Assembly (NCBI GenBank): GCA_002269645.1
Contig: NIVC01002325.1
Span: 62,001-126,000, forward strand
DNA length: 64,000 bases
Direction of reading: 5' to 3'
From: Macrostomum lignano
Lineage: Eukaryota
Shown here: positions 25,165 to 36,890 of the stretch, in pieces
Numbering within the stretch: the first letter of the stretch is position 1
Layout of the letters: each line of letters starts with the position of its first letter
Notes under the pieces: model-generated
Seen by the model: the letters and a program-made list of their open reading frames with translations, nothing else
Told to the model about the DNA's origin: nothing
Databases searched by the model: none
Translations under genes and position numbers: made by a program

Positions 25165-25960
25165 ACAGTCACATTTGAGTCAGTCCAGATTCACATTGCA
25201 GTCACATTTGAGTCAGTCCAGATTCACATTGCAGTCACATTTGAGTCAGTCCAGATTCACATTGCAGTCACATTTGAGTCAGTCCAGATTCACATTGCAG
25301 TCACATTTGAGTCAGTCCAGATTCACATTACAGTCACATTTGAGTCAGTCCAGATTCACATTGCAGTCACATTTGAGTCAGTCCAGATTCACATTACAGT
25401 CACATTTGAGTCAGTCCAGATTCACATTGCAGTCACATTTGAGTCAGTCCAGATTCACATTGCAGTCACATTTGAGTCAGTCCAGATTCACATTGCAGTC
25501 ACATTTGAGTCAGTCCAGATTCACATTGCAGTCACATTTGAGTCAGTCCAGATTCACATTGCAGTCACATTTGAGTCAGTCCAGATTCACATTGCAGTCA
25601 CATTTGAGTCAGTCCAGATTCACATTGCAGTCACATTTGAGTCAGTCCAGATTCACATTGCAGTCACATTTGAGTCAGTCCAGATTCACATTGCAGTCAC
25701 ATTTGAGTCAGTCCAGATTCACATTGCAGTCACATTTGAGTCAGTCCAGATTCACATTGCAGTCACATTTGAGTCAGTCCAGATTCACATTGCAGTCACA
25801 TTTGAGTCAGTCCAGATTCACATTGCAACATTCAAAGCACGCATGTTCCAATCTTCAAAGCACGCATGCTCCAATCTTCAAAGTACGCATGCTCCAATCT
25901 TCAAAGCACGCATGCTCCAATCTTCAAAGCACGCATGCTCCAATCTTCAAAGCACGCATC
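25165..25960. repeat. 33-bp array (about 20 copies) followed by a short 23-bp array
   Basis: CAGTCACATTTGAGTCAGTCCAGATTCACATTG, then AAAGCACGCATGCTCCAATCTTC from ~25830. Confidence 0.95.
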
Positions 25961-26057
25961 CACATGATCAAGCATTCAAGGCATGCAGCTCTGAATGTTG
26001 ATGCGGCTCTGAAGTGTACAGTTTCCCCGTTGCCCATCGGCTTTATGCCCGGCAGCC

Positions 26058-26651
26058 ATGGAAGCTCCATCGCCGAGCGGTCCCGCCCTCAGCCGCTACG
26101 CCAAGCTGCTGCCGGCCAGCGTCCTCAGAGCTCACGTGATCATGGGCGCCATCCAAATCACCGTGGGATGCCTGCTTATCTTTCTGAACATCTACAGCCG
26201 GCTGGCGCATGACTACTCGGTGAACCCGAACATGTACGCGGGGTTCTGGACCGGCGTGTTCTTCATCTCGGCCGGGACTTTCGGACTGCTGGCCGGCAAG
26301 GGCCGCGTGCTCACCTTCTGCTGCATCATCGGCTGTTTGGTGCTCAGTGTCATCTCCGCCATGGTGTCGGTGGTGGCCATCGTAATGGGCTCCGTGATGG
26401 CGGCGCAGGTCGGGGTCATGCCGGGGACTGTAACAGCAATGTTTCCGGTGTACTTCACGCTGGCCGATGTGCTCTGGTTCCTAGTGTTCCTGCTCGGCCT
26501 GGTGGTGGCCATCGTGCAGGCCGCCTTCGCCTGCCGCGCCTCCTGCTGCTGCGTGGCCGAGGAGCCCGACAGGCAGCCGCTGACGGACTTCCCTGACGCC
26601 GGGACGGAGCCGCAGGCGGACTCGGACGTGCGCTTGCTGCAGCCGGTGTGA
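26058..26651 (+). CDS. MS4A/CD20-like protein, 197 aa, intact, single exon
   Basis: [52 protein letters not shown]. Confidence 0.9.
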   Translation: MEAPSPSGPALSRYAKLLPASVLRAHVIMGAIQITVGCLLIFLNIYSRLAHDYSVNPNMYAGFWTGVFFISAGTFGLLAGKGRVLTFCCIIGCLVLSVISAMVSVVAIVMGSVMAAQVGVMPGTVTAMFPVYFTLADVLWFLVFLLGLVVAIVQAAFACRASCCCVAEEPDRQPLTDFPDAGTEPQADSDVRLLQPV

Positions 26652-27535
26652 CGCGGCGGCGCTGTCCGCTGCTAGCAGAAGCAACACCTGTCAACGAGTT
26701 CACCGTTTTTAGTGAATTGCTCGAACAAAGAACAGCGAATATCGATTTATTTATTATTAGAAATCTGACCGGAAACTTTTTAGTACTGCTGAGTGCCTGT
26801 CTGTCCGACTCTATTCGGCAGTGAGAATCTCTTATTACATCGCTACTCGGCACTTAAAATCAGCCATCTGTCTATTTCTGAGTGTCTTGCACATTCCGTG
26901 ATTCCGTTTAGATTTTAAATAGAAAAATCTTTTTTTTCGAATTTTAATTTTATTCTGATGTTAATGCATTAATATATAAGCGGTCCTAACTTTATTTATC
27001 GTTAGGCATGTACACTTCACTGTGCCTTGGTGGTTGGCCCTCTCAATGGCGTTAATTGCAGCCAACGCCATTAACAAGCTATATTATAACCTATAACCTT
27101 CTAGATAAAACTCTAGCACTGCTTTTTTTACCTATTATCAACAATAGGTTATAATTTGATGCTGCTTCATCAATTTTTACCTGCCCGTCAGAATCCTCTG
27201 TGCTAGATAGACAAAATGGTAAATAGATGACAAGGTAGAGAGCTAGATAGAGGAGTAGATGGAGTGGTTTGATGGGTAGAGTGGTAGTAGATAGAAATGA
27301 GTAGTAGATAGTGTTAGGCAGAGTGTAAGATAGAGGAGGCCTTCAAGACAGAGTGCTAGAGGAGTGCTGTGCAGATAACTAGGTAGAGTCCCCAACAGAG
27401 TGCTGCATAGGTGCTAGGCAGAGTGCTAGATCGAGTGCCAGACAGAGTGCCGGGCAGAGTGCCAGACAGAGTGCCAGATAGAGTGCCAAGCAGAGTGCTA
27501 TCAAACATTACCCAACCATTCCAGCCCTGTCCAGC

Positions 27536-28212
27536 ATGGCTGAGGCCGACAACCCCACCGTGGAGATGCCGGAGAGGCCGACGGGCTCCCAGGCTCACGT
27601 GATCTGTGGCTCCATAGAGATCCTGGTTGGCTGTGTGCTGCTTCGCTGAGCCTCGGCAGCGTGTCGATGCGGCAGGACGAGCGCTACCTGTCCGCCTACA
27701 GCGGCTGCGTGTGCGGCCCCGCGGTGGTTCTGTCTGGCGCGGCGGCCATTGTGGCCGGACTGCGGCACACCTGCGTGCGTTGCAACTTCGTCGTCAGCGT
27801 CGCCATCAGCGGCATCGCCATCCTGCTGTGCTGCGGCGCCGCCTTCTGGCTGGTGCAGCTGTTCCCGGGCAAGAATGAGAAGAACTACGTAGGCCCCGAG
27901 GGCAGCGTGAGTTCGCCAACGGCATTCCGGGTGCTGTACATCCGCAGCGCAGTCCTGCTCTTGCTGGTCATCATTTCTTGCTTGCTGCAGCTGGCATTCG
28001 GTGTGAGTCACATCCGCACCGCCGCCGGCTGCGTCTCCCAGTCCGACCGGCCGCGGTACCAGGTGCAGCTCGTGCCCCATGACGGAGCCGCGACCCAGCA
28101 GCCGGCCTTCCAGGTGCAGCTGCAGCCTCTTGGCGGCTTCCAGCAGCAGCAGCCACTGATAAATTGTGGCGGGGACAGCAAGCAGCCTCCCCCAGCTACG
28201 TACTTGGTCTGA
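27536..28212 (+). CDS. Divergent MS4A-like protein with one -1 frameshift at ~27643
   Basis: MAEADN...AHVICGSIEILVGCVLL joins SLSLGSVSMRQ...SGCVCGPAVVLSG if one T is restored; four hydrophobic segments and a Q-rich tail. Confidence 0.7.
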
Positions 28213-28350
28213 GCTACTTGAGCTACCATCACGAGCATCACACACCTGAGCTATTATTATGAGCACCACACCTGAGCTACCATCATGAGCACCACACCTG
28301 AGCTACCATCATGAGTACCACACCTGAGCTACCACAACTGAGCTCAGAGC
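28213..28350. repeat. Short ~26-bp array starting at the stop codon of the preceding gene
   Basis: Unit CCTGAGCTACCATCATGAGCACCACA. Confidence 0.8.
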
Positions 28351-28359
28351 TACACCTAA

Positions 28360-28684
28360 GCGATACTCCGCTCGGGCATCGGCAACGGATGCTCGCTGGC
28401 GGCCGGTGGCGTCTGGTCTGACGTCAGACCTTCTTACTGCTGGCCGGCGTGCCGGCACAAAGTGCGGCGTGGTGGCCTGCCTGGTGCTGAGCTGCCTGAA
28501 CGCTCTCATGGCCTTCACCGCCATGATCGTCGAGTCGCTGCCTGCAACCAGCCTGATCTGCTCCCTGCTGCTAGCCTTCGGCCTGGTCATCGCCTTGGTG
28601 CACAGTTGCAACGTCTGCCGCGCCTCCTGCTGCTGCAAATACAGCCAGCCACGCAGCAGCAGCAGTGCATGCAGCAGCGGATGA
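28360..28684 (+). pseudogene. MS4A-like fragment covering TM2-TM4, frameshifted and 5'-truncated
   Basis: AGGVWS in one frame, then KCGVVACLVLS...IALVHSCNVCRASCCC in another. Confidence 0.7.
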
Positions 28685-29683
28685 ACCAGCCGCACATTGA
28701 TCTCATAACCTCATAAGGACGCAGCTTTGCTATCGCCCTATCAAGGCCTACTTTTCGGCCGCCAATGCGGCATCGGCTTCTCGAACTTACCAACAGGTTC
28801 AGCAGCATCAGCCAGAATCTCAACCTCTTCAGAAGGCAGTCTGAACTCTTACAGAGATGGATGTGTCCGAGTGTACATGAACGTGCATACTAGGCTGAAG
28901 CCTGAATGTTATTTTATACTGTGCATAATTGCATGTACTCTGAATAAGCCATTTCTTTTCATAAGTAAATCTATGTAGATGTAAAGAGTTTGGTCAACCT
29001 ATTTAGTTGATACGAGTGATTCGGAGTGGCGTCTTTACAACGGATCCCAATCACAACATTATGATTCAATATCTAAAATCGCAGCTATTGATGTTATTTA
29101 TCTAACGACAGACGAAAAAGACGTCTTTTGAGCATCTTGAGCCTAATGAAAGAAAGGAAAATATTTCTTGTGTGAATAGCTTGCAGTGCATTGTATCGTT
29201 TCTTTCTGTAGTACATTTGTAGATGTAGATCCAATGTTTATTTGATGCTCTTCAGTGCTTGATTGCTTCTGGTGCAGATGTTATACGCTCGCATGGGGTT
29301 TTGTAATAACTCGATATTTATTTAATTACTGTTATTTATCATCATACTTGATATGAATACTGTACAAACAATACCAAGTGTAGAATGTTTTACTGTACTC
29401 AAATAATTTAGAAATTTCCGGAAGGCCAAAAATAAATGATAAGTACGCAGCAGCTGGCTAGCATTTTCTCTCGCTTACCCTCTTCTACACTCAAGACAAC
29501 TCAAGCAATAAAAGAAGCAAAGCGAAGGCAAACCACGGCGTGACTCTTCTTCATTGATTTAACACGAAACCCGTCTACAGTTTATTTAAACCTATCTAGG
29601 TTATCCAATATACTAAAATGTTTTTTCTACTTACTAAAGATGACACCTGCGTCTGTGGGATCGGGCGACCGCCGACCGGCCGT

Positions 29684-29803
29684 GTTTGTAACACATCTGA
29701 TTGCTATAAATAGACATACCACGTGTTTGTAACACATCTGATTGCTATAAATAGACATACCACGTGTTTGTAACACATCTGATTGCTATAAATAGACATA
29801 CCA
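29684..29803. repeat. 41-bp unit, 3 copies
   Basis: CGTGTTTGTAACACATCTGATTGCTATAAATAGACATACCA. Confidence 0.85.
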
Positions 29804-30151
29804 AACTAACTGAGCCTATTAGCAAGCAATTTATTCCTTGTTGGGAGAATCAAGCTGTTGAAGACTTGCTTTTTATTGTCTATGCTCCAAAAGGGGGTCT
29901 ATGGAGCAACCAATTTGAGAGTCTGGGCGCGCTATTAATCTTTTCCACAGTGCTCGTATATCCTTCACGAATAACTTCACTGAAATAACGTCTGCAAACA
30001 GATGGCATATCAAAAAACGATTGACATTAAGAATTTGATTTTAGAGAAACCAATCAAAACATGCGAATGCAAAACCATGGCATACAGTATAAGCCGAGAA
30101 CAATCGTTTCTCTCAAAACAGTGTTAAACAGATTAAAATCAAACCCGATCA

Positions 30152-30680
30152 ATGTGAGTAAGTGAGTGAATGAGTGAGTGAGTGAGTAAGTGAGTGAGTG
30201 AGTGAGTGAGTGAGAGAGTGAGTGAGTGAGTAAGTGAGTGAATGAGTGAGTGAGTAAGTGGGTGAGTAAGTAAGTGAGTGAGTAAGTGAGTGAGTGAGTG
30301 AGCGAGCGAGTGAGTGAGAGAGTGAGTGAGTGAGTGAGAGAGTGAGTGAGTGAGTGAGTGAGTGAGTGAGTGAGCGAGTGAGTGAGTAAGTGAGTGAGCG
30401 AGTGAGTGAGAGAGTGAGTGAGTGAGTGAGAGAGTGAGTGAGTGAGTAAGTGAGTGAGTGAGTAAGTGAGTGAGTGAGTGAGTGAGTGAGTGAGTAAGTG
30501 GGTGAGTAAGTAAGTGAGTGAGTAAGTGAGTGAGCGAGTGAGTGAGAGAGTGAGTGAGTGAGTGAGAGAGTGAGTGAGTGAGCGAGCGAGTGAGTGAGAG
30601 AGTGAGTGAGTGAGAGAGTGAGTGAGTGAGTGAGTGAGTGAGTGAGCGAGTGAGTGAGAGAGTGAGTGAGTGAGTGAGTG
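30152..30680. repeat. (GAGT)n microsatellite
   Basis: Direct inspection. Confidence 0.97.
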
Positions 30681-30723
30681 GCTGTAGCTTTCATCTTTCC
30701 CTCGCTACTTCTCAGTTGCAGAG

Positions 30724-31628
30724 ATGGTGGCCACCAGGACCTACATGATAAGAAGCATGTTTTGGTACGGGCAGCAGTTTATCGTGGCTTGGGTCCTGTT
30801 CGCCGCGTGCATCTGGTGCGCGACTGACGGCTCTGGCGTTCCGGCCGTCTACTGGAGCAGCCCCGTCATCGCGGTGACTTCGGCCTTGGGCATCGCGGCT
30901 GCGTGGCGAGTTTTGAAGCAGCGCAGCTCCATCCCCGGCTTACTGGGTCTGCGGCCTGCTGCTCAACCTGCCGGCTATCGGAGTCTGCCTACCTGGCGTT
31001 GTCGGCCGGGGAGACTTAAGCGAGGTCCCTGCTGCGCTCTCTTTTGGATGCGGCCTGTTTCTGCTGCTTTCTGCTTTTTTCATGGTAATTTGCCTTGATG
31101 TTGCCGCCGCCCCAGCAACTCAGACAGCACAAGTAGATCGAATAGAGCAGAGCAGTAGTTAATGCGTCTGAATCTGGAGTACCCAGGTTCAATTCGACCC
31201 AGGGATTTTTGGGATCCTCGCACATCAGGGGGGGGGGGCGCCACACACCCTCAATTACCCCAGCTAATGCTGGCACCCATTTTACAGCTGAGTGAACTGA
31301 AGCAATGCAGACTTAAGTGTCTTGCTCATGGACACACTCTGTTCCAGTGGGATCGGGAATCGAACCCCTCACCTTCAAGTCGGGAGTCCGACACTGTAAC
31401 CGCTAGGCTGGCATGGAGGCAGGGTTCACTTGAGGTCACTGGCCAGAGCTAAATTGTGAATCGAGTTCTGTCCGCACCCCCCTGCAGAGCCTCATATTTG
31501 CCATTTTCCTCTTGCTGCACTTCGCCTGCGGCTCCGAGTTTCTGCGGCTCTTCAGCGGCCAGCTGGCTGGCGAGGCCGAGGAGCGCCGGGGGCTGCTGGC
31601 CGGAGATGACGGCAAGCCGCCGAACTGA
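30724..31628 (+). CDS. Highly divergent four-TM (MS4A-like) protein with a +1 frameshift at ~30937; probable exons 30724-31084 and 31488-31628
   Basis: YWSSPVIAVTSALG aligns with the TM2 motif; removing one G gives IPAYWVCGLLLNLP...GCGLFLLLSAFFM; ATG|GTAATT donor and CTGCAG acceptor join SLIFAIFLLLHF...KPPN-stop in phase 0. Confidence 0.5.
31245..31418 (-). mobile_element. tRNA-derived SINE with a CORE-like central domain
   Basis: Minus strand: A-box-like CAGCCTAGCGG, B-box GGTTCGATTCC, then CATGAGCAAGACACTTAAG...CTTCAGTTCACTCAGCTGTAAATGGG, resembling the MIR/CORE consensus. Confidence 0.75.
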
Positions 31629-31929
31629 GCCGGGCTGCTGAATCTGCACATTTTTAGCCGTGCGAATGAGACACGACCGTGGCGACTCCAGCTCTGGTAT
31701 ATTTCTCTTCACTTGAAATATAGTAGCTGTGCGCATGCAGTGTCTGCATCTTCAAACCAGCTTCGGTGCTCATTTTTACCTGTTTCTGCAGTTACTGCGG
31801 CTCACTAAGAAATTTCGCGCTTGCTAAGAAACTTGCAACCGATTCCCGCTATGCTAGGGGAAATCAGCCCTCAGTCAGTCAGGTTTTTTCACTGCTTTCC
31901 AATCCAAAAGTCTCTTAATAGACCCAAAA

Positions 31930-33850
31930 GTCTATGATAGATCCCCAAGTTCCATGATAGATCCCCAAGTTCCATAATAAATCCCCAAGTTCCATAATAG
32001 ATCCCCAAGTTCCATAATAGATCTCCAAGTTCCATAATAGATCCCCAAGTTCCATAATAGATCCCCAAGTTCCATGACAGATCCCCAAGTTCCATAATAG
32101 ATCCCCAAGTTCCATAACAGATCCCCAAGTTCCATAATAGATCCCCAAGTTCCATGACAGATCCCGAAGTTCCATAATAGATCCCCAAGTTCCATAATAG
32201 ATCCCCAAGTTCCATAATAGATCCCCAAGTTCCATGACAGATCCCGAAGTTCCATAATAGATCCCCAAGTTCCATGAAGATCCCGAAGTTCCATAATAGA
32301 TCCCCAAGTTCCATAATAGATCCCCAAGTTCCATAATAGATCCCCAAGTTCCATAATAGATCCCCGAGTTCCATGATAGATCCCCAAGTTCCATAATAGA
32401 TCCCCAAGTTCCATAATAGATCCCCAAGTTCCATAATAGATCCCCGAGTTCCATAATAGATCCCAAGTTCCATGACAGATCCCGAAGTTCCATAATAGAC
32501 CCCCAAGCCATAATAGATCCCCAAGTTCCATAATAGATCCCCAAGTTCCATAATAGATCCCCGAGTTCCATGACAGATCCCCAAGTTCCATAATAGATCC
32601 CCAAGTTCCATGACAGATCCCGAAGTTCCATAATAGATCCCCAAGTTCCATGACAGATCCCAAGTTCCATAATAGATCCCCAAGTTCCATGACAGATCCC
32701 GAAGTTCCATAATAGATCCCCAAGTTCCATGACAGATCCCGAAGTTCCATAATAGATCCCCAAGTTCCATAATAGATCCCAAGTTCCATAATAGATCCCC
32801 AAGTTCCATAAGATCCCGAAGTTCCATAATAGATCCCCAAGTTCCATAATAGATCCCGAAGTTCCATAATAGATCCCCAAGTTCCATAATAGATCCCGAG
32901 TTCCATAATAGATCCCAAGTTCCATGACAGATCCCGAAGTTCCATAATAGATCCCCAAGTTCCATAATAGATCCCCAAGTTCCATAATAGATCCCCAAGT
33001 TCCATAATAGATCCCCGAGTTCCATGACAGATCCCCAAGTTCCATAATAGATCCCCAAGTTCCATAATAGATCCCGAAGTTCCATAATAGATCCCCAAGT
33101 TCCATGACAGATCCCAAGTTCCATAATAGATCCCGAAGTTCCATGACAGATCCCGAAGTTCCATAATAGATCCCCAAGTTCCATGACAGATCCCGAAGTT
33201 CCATAATAGATCCCCAAGTTCCATGACAGATCCCGAAGTTCCATAATAGATCCCCAAGTTCCATGACAGATCCCGAAGTTCCATAATAGATCCCCAAGTT
33301 CCATGACAGATCCCAAGTTCCATAATAGATCCCCAAGTTCCATGACAGATCCCGAAGTTCCATAATAGATCCCCAAGTTCCATGACAGATCCCGAAGTTC
33401 CATAATAGATCCCCAAGTTCCATGACAGATCCCGAAGTTCCATAATAGATCCCCAAGTTCCATGACAGATCCCGAAGTTCCATAATAGATCCCTAAGTTC
33501 CATAATAGATCCCCAAGTTCCATAATAGATCCCCAAGTTCCATGACAGATCCCGAAGTTCCATAATAGATCCCCAAGTTCCATGACAGATCCCGAAGTTC
33601 CATAATAGATCCCCAAGTTCCATAATAGATCCCGAAGTTCCATAATAGATCCCCAAGTTCCATAATAGATCCCGAAGTTCCATAATAGATCCCCAAGTTC
33701 CATAATAGATCCCTAAGTTCCATAATAGATCCCCAAGTTCCATAATAGATCCCCAAGTTCCATTATAGATCCCCAAGTTCCATAATAGATCCCTAAGTTC
33801 CATTATAGATCCCCAAGTTCCATTATAGATCCCCAAGTTCCATAATAGAT
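31930..33850. repeat. 20-bp tandem array, about 95 copies
   Basis: Unit AGTTCCATAATAGATCCCCA. Confidence 0.97.
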
Positions 33851-34094
33851 GCTAAGATCGTGAAGTCCTGTTTACAGATTCTAAATTCCCTCATGGAGCC
33901 TGAAGTCTTTCAATAGACTCAGAGATTTCAATAGTTCTCACCCCCCCGGCAGACTCTGTGGGCCTGCTGCAGCCGGTGTGACGCTTTTTCCGATTTTACC
34001 GTTTAGCGGCTTTTTTGTTTTTATATGATTTAAATATAAAATAAAAGTTTCAACATTTTCGAATGGCTAAAGTTGAGTTTGGTATTAATGTGGT

Positions 34095-34808
34095 AATATA
34101 TTATAACCTTCTAGGCTTCTACCCGACACTCTAGCAGTGCCACGCGATGCTGCTTCAGCAATTTTACCTGTCCGTCAGAATCGTCAGTGCTAGGTACGAG
34201 TAGTCAGAATGGTAGATAGACGACCCGGTAGAGAGCTAGATAGAGGGTAAAATAGAGGGGTAGATAGAAGGCTAGATAAGGAGCTAGATAGGGGGTGTAT
34301 AAAGGGCTAGATAGGGGTAGATTGAGGGGTAGATAGAAGGGTGGATAGTGCTAGGCAGAGGGCAAGATAAGGGGGCCTACAAGACAGAGTGCTAGATAAG
34401 TGCTGTGCAGATAACTAGATAGAGTCCCCAACAGAGTGCCAGGTAGTGCGTTAGACAGTGTGCTAGAACGAGTGCCAGGCAGAGTGCTAGACAAAGTGCC
34501 AGGCAGTGTGCTAGACAGAGTGCCAGGTAGTGTGTTAGGCAGTGTGCTAGACAGAGTACCAGGCCTGTGCTAGACAGAGTGCCAGGTAGTGTGTTCGATA
34601 GTGTGCTAAACAGAGTGCCAGACAGTGTGCTAGACAGAGTGCCAGGCAGTGTGCTAGACAGAGTGCCAGGCGGTGTGCTAGACGGAGTGCCAGGCAGAGT
34701 GCCAGGCAGAGTGCTATCAAACATTACCCAATCATTCCAGCCCCGTCCAGAATGGCTGAGGCCGGCTCCTCTATCGCGGAGATGCCGGAGAGGCCGACGG
34801 GCTCCAAG
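34095..34808 (+). pseudogene. Partial duplicate of 27080-27592: upstream region plus the first ~18 codons (ATG 34752) of the 27536 gene, truncated
   Basis: Colinear identity including GTGCTATCAAACATTACCCAA..ATTCCAGCCC.GTCCAG.ATGGCTGAGGCCG and GAGATGCCGGAGAGGCCGACGGGCTCC. Confidence 0.85.
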
Positions 34809-35087
34809 ACTGCATTTTTGAAATTTGAATCTCCTTTGGCAGCTGAACCAAGAAAATTGGACCGTATTCCGAGGTTTCTTCAACCTCTTATCACCAGCAA
34901 TAATATTTTAAAAGCAATCGGTTGTGTTGCTGAACTAAGTTTATTTAGTTCAGGTAACTGGCTAAAGCCATGGCAAGTTCAGGTTAAAGTCATATTCAAG
35001 TTGCTCGCTTAATTTTCCGTTTTCAAATGACACTTGAGATAGTACAATCGTTTGCTTATTTATATTGAGTGTTTCGTTCAATGATAA

Positions 35088-35135
35088 AATATACCCTGAC
35101 GACGGCCCTAGTGGGTTGAAACGCGTTGGTTTTCG
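35088..35135 (+). ncRNA. Minimal type I hammerhead ribozyme-like motif (Penelope-like-element type)
   Basis: ACC-CTGACGA-C-GGCCC TAGT GGGTT-GAAA-CGCG-TT-GGT: catalytic core, stem II, palindromic stem III (AACGCGTT) and short stem I (ACC/GGT). Confidence 0.5.
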
Positions 35136-35384
35136 CCATAAATGTTGATCTTAAGCTTTATTTATTAGCTGCAGGATGTTGCAGTGCGCATCGTTTATGA
35201 TTATTCCTTTAACTTTTCTGCTTATTTGCTGTCACTCCATGACGGCCCAGATTAATCTGCTTTCCTTTGCCAGCGTATGATGCGGCGCAATGCTTTGCCT
35301 TTCAGCTGCTGGAATATTTGCCATTTTATGCAGTAAATACTCCAGCAAATGCTATTGCCGTCTAGCTCACAAATCGCTGTTGGC

Positions 35385-35682
35385 AGCTGAGAGAATTGGC
35401 GATTGCAGTTTTGTGATGGCAGAGCCGGGCTTTGAGAATTGGCGATTGCAGTTTTGTGATGGCAGAGCCGGGCTTTGAGAATTGACGATTGCAGTTTTGT
35501 GATGGCAGAGCCGTGCTTTGAGAATTGGCGATTGCAGTTTTGTGATGGCAGAGCCGGGCTTTGAGAATTGGCGATTGCAGTTTTGTGATGGCAGAGCCGG
35601 GCTTTGAGAATTGGCGATTGCAGTTTTGTGATGGCAGAGCCGGGCTTTGAGAATTGGCGATTGCAGTTTTGTGATGGCCTTT
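35385..35682. repeat. 43-bp tandem array
   Basis: Unit GAGAATTGGCGATTGCAGTTTTGTGATGGCAGAGCCGGGCTTT. Confidence 0.95.
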
Positions 35683-35724
35683 GAGACTATACACTATAGC
35701 AATCCGGTCCGCTGAAGGTTTGTG

Positions 35725-36070
35725 CCTTCTCAGCTCTCCTCTCCCCTCTCTTCTCTTCTCTCGTCTCCCCTCCTCTCCTCTCTTCTCCTCTCCTCTCCTC
35801 TCCTCTCCTTTCCTCTCATCTCCTCTCCTCTCCTCTCCTCTCCTCTCCTCTCCTCTCCTCTCTCTCTCTCATCTCCTCTCCTCTCCTCTCCTCTCCTCTC
35901 CTCTCCTCTCCTCTCCTCTCATCTCCTCTCTTCTCTTCTCCTCTTCTCTCCTCTCCTTTCCTCTCATCTCCTCTTCTGTCCTCTCTTCTCTTCTATTTTA
36001 TTCTCGTCTCTTCTCTTCTCCTATTTCGTCTCTCTTCTCTCGCCTCTTTTTTCTCCTCTCTGCCCTCCTC
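35725..36070. repeat. (CTCCT)n microsatellite
   Basis: Direct inspection. Confidence 0.95.
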
Positions 36071-36129
36071 TGGCCCGCAGTCATGCGTTAGGTTACTTAT
36101 CTGGCCCTTTAGGTAAAATGTTTGCCGAT

Positions 36130-36890
36130 CCCTAGCCTAAGCCTATCCATAGGTAGCATATCCGGTCTCTGGTAAATGAAAGGTAAAAGAAAGAGCAGTG
36201 GCAGACAATGTTGCTGAGCATCTTCGTTGCCGTAATCAAAAAAGGGCAAAGTTTACTCTCGAGGTCGCCTCGGAGGAAGCAGTACCTGTCGAGGTAGCAA
36301 CTATGGCCCGTAAAAGTCATAACAAGGGTGCGAATATCCTTCCGCTTTGGTTAGGAAGGACTGAACCGCAGTGTGTGATTGCTGACGATCTGACGATTGA
36401 TGACCGTAGAAGGGATATGGGCCATGGGCTCAGGGCCAAGGAAAGAGCCAAAGCCGAAATTTTTGGCGAGGGTGTCTGCCAGCTCGTTCCCCGGAAACCC
36501 TGCATGCGTACTATGGGATCCACTTCGGATGACAGTATTATTGCTACTGGCCATATAGGTTGAGCTGCCCGAGCGCAGCGACTTTCCGAGAGTTCTTAGT
36601 GGTGTGGCAAAGGCCGCCTAAAGCCGCTTGGCTGTCAGAATGGATGACGATAGTCTCTCCTCTCATACCCTTGGCATTCAGCTCTGCGGCGCAGGAGCTG
36701 ATATAATAAGGACTTCTTTCTAGAAGACGGTGGAGAGTCCGCCAGTGTGCTGTGCTGGACTCCGAAAGCTGGCGTTGTAGCTGTCTTTGATGGATCCGTC
36801 CGTGTAACAATTTGAACCTCACAGCATCCCATAATGGGATATGGAGACCCCTGTAAGCACTGAAAGAGGTTGAGAGTGTGGGCTTCAAAT
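36130..36890 (-). mobile_element. Degraded non-LTR retrotransposon 3' part: RNase H plus C-terminal zinc knuckle (I/LOA/R1-type architecture)
   Basis: Across frameshifts: YTDGS, AAELNA, IVIHSDSQAAL, HAGFPGNELADTLAK, GPEP and TGH...LCPF. Confidence 0.85.

Noticed and set aside
25076-26212. 378-aa ORF with QSHLSQSRFTL repeats
   Set aside because: A 33-bp array read in frame; the real gene starts at 26058 in another frame
31345-31418. tRNA gene on the minus strand
   Set aside because: No complete cloverleaf; it continues into a SINE body
31889-33836. Three 520-630 aa ORFs (MELGDLLWN...)
   Set aside because: Stop-free translations of a 20-bp satellite in all three minus frames; no unique sequence
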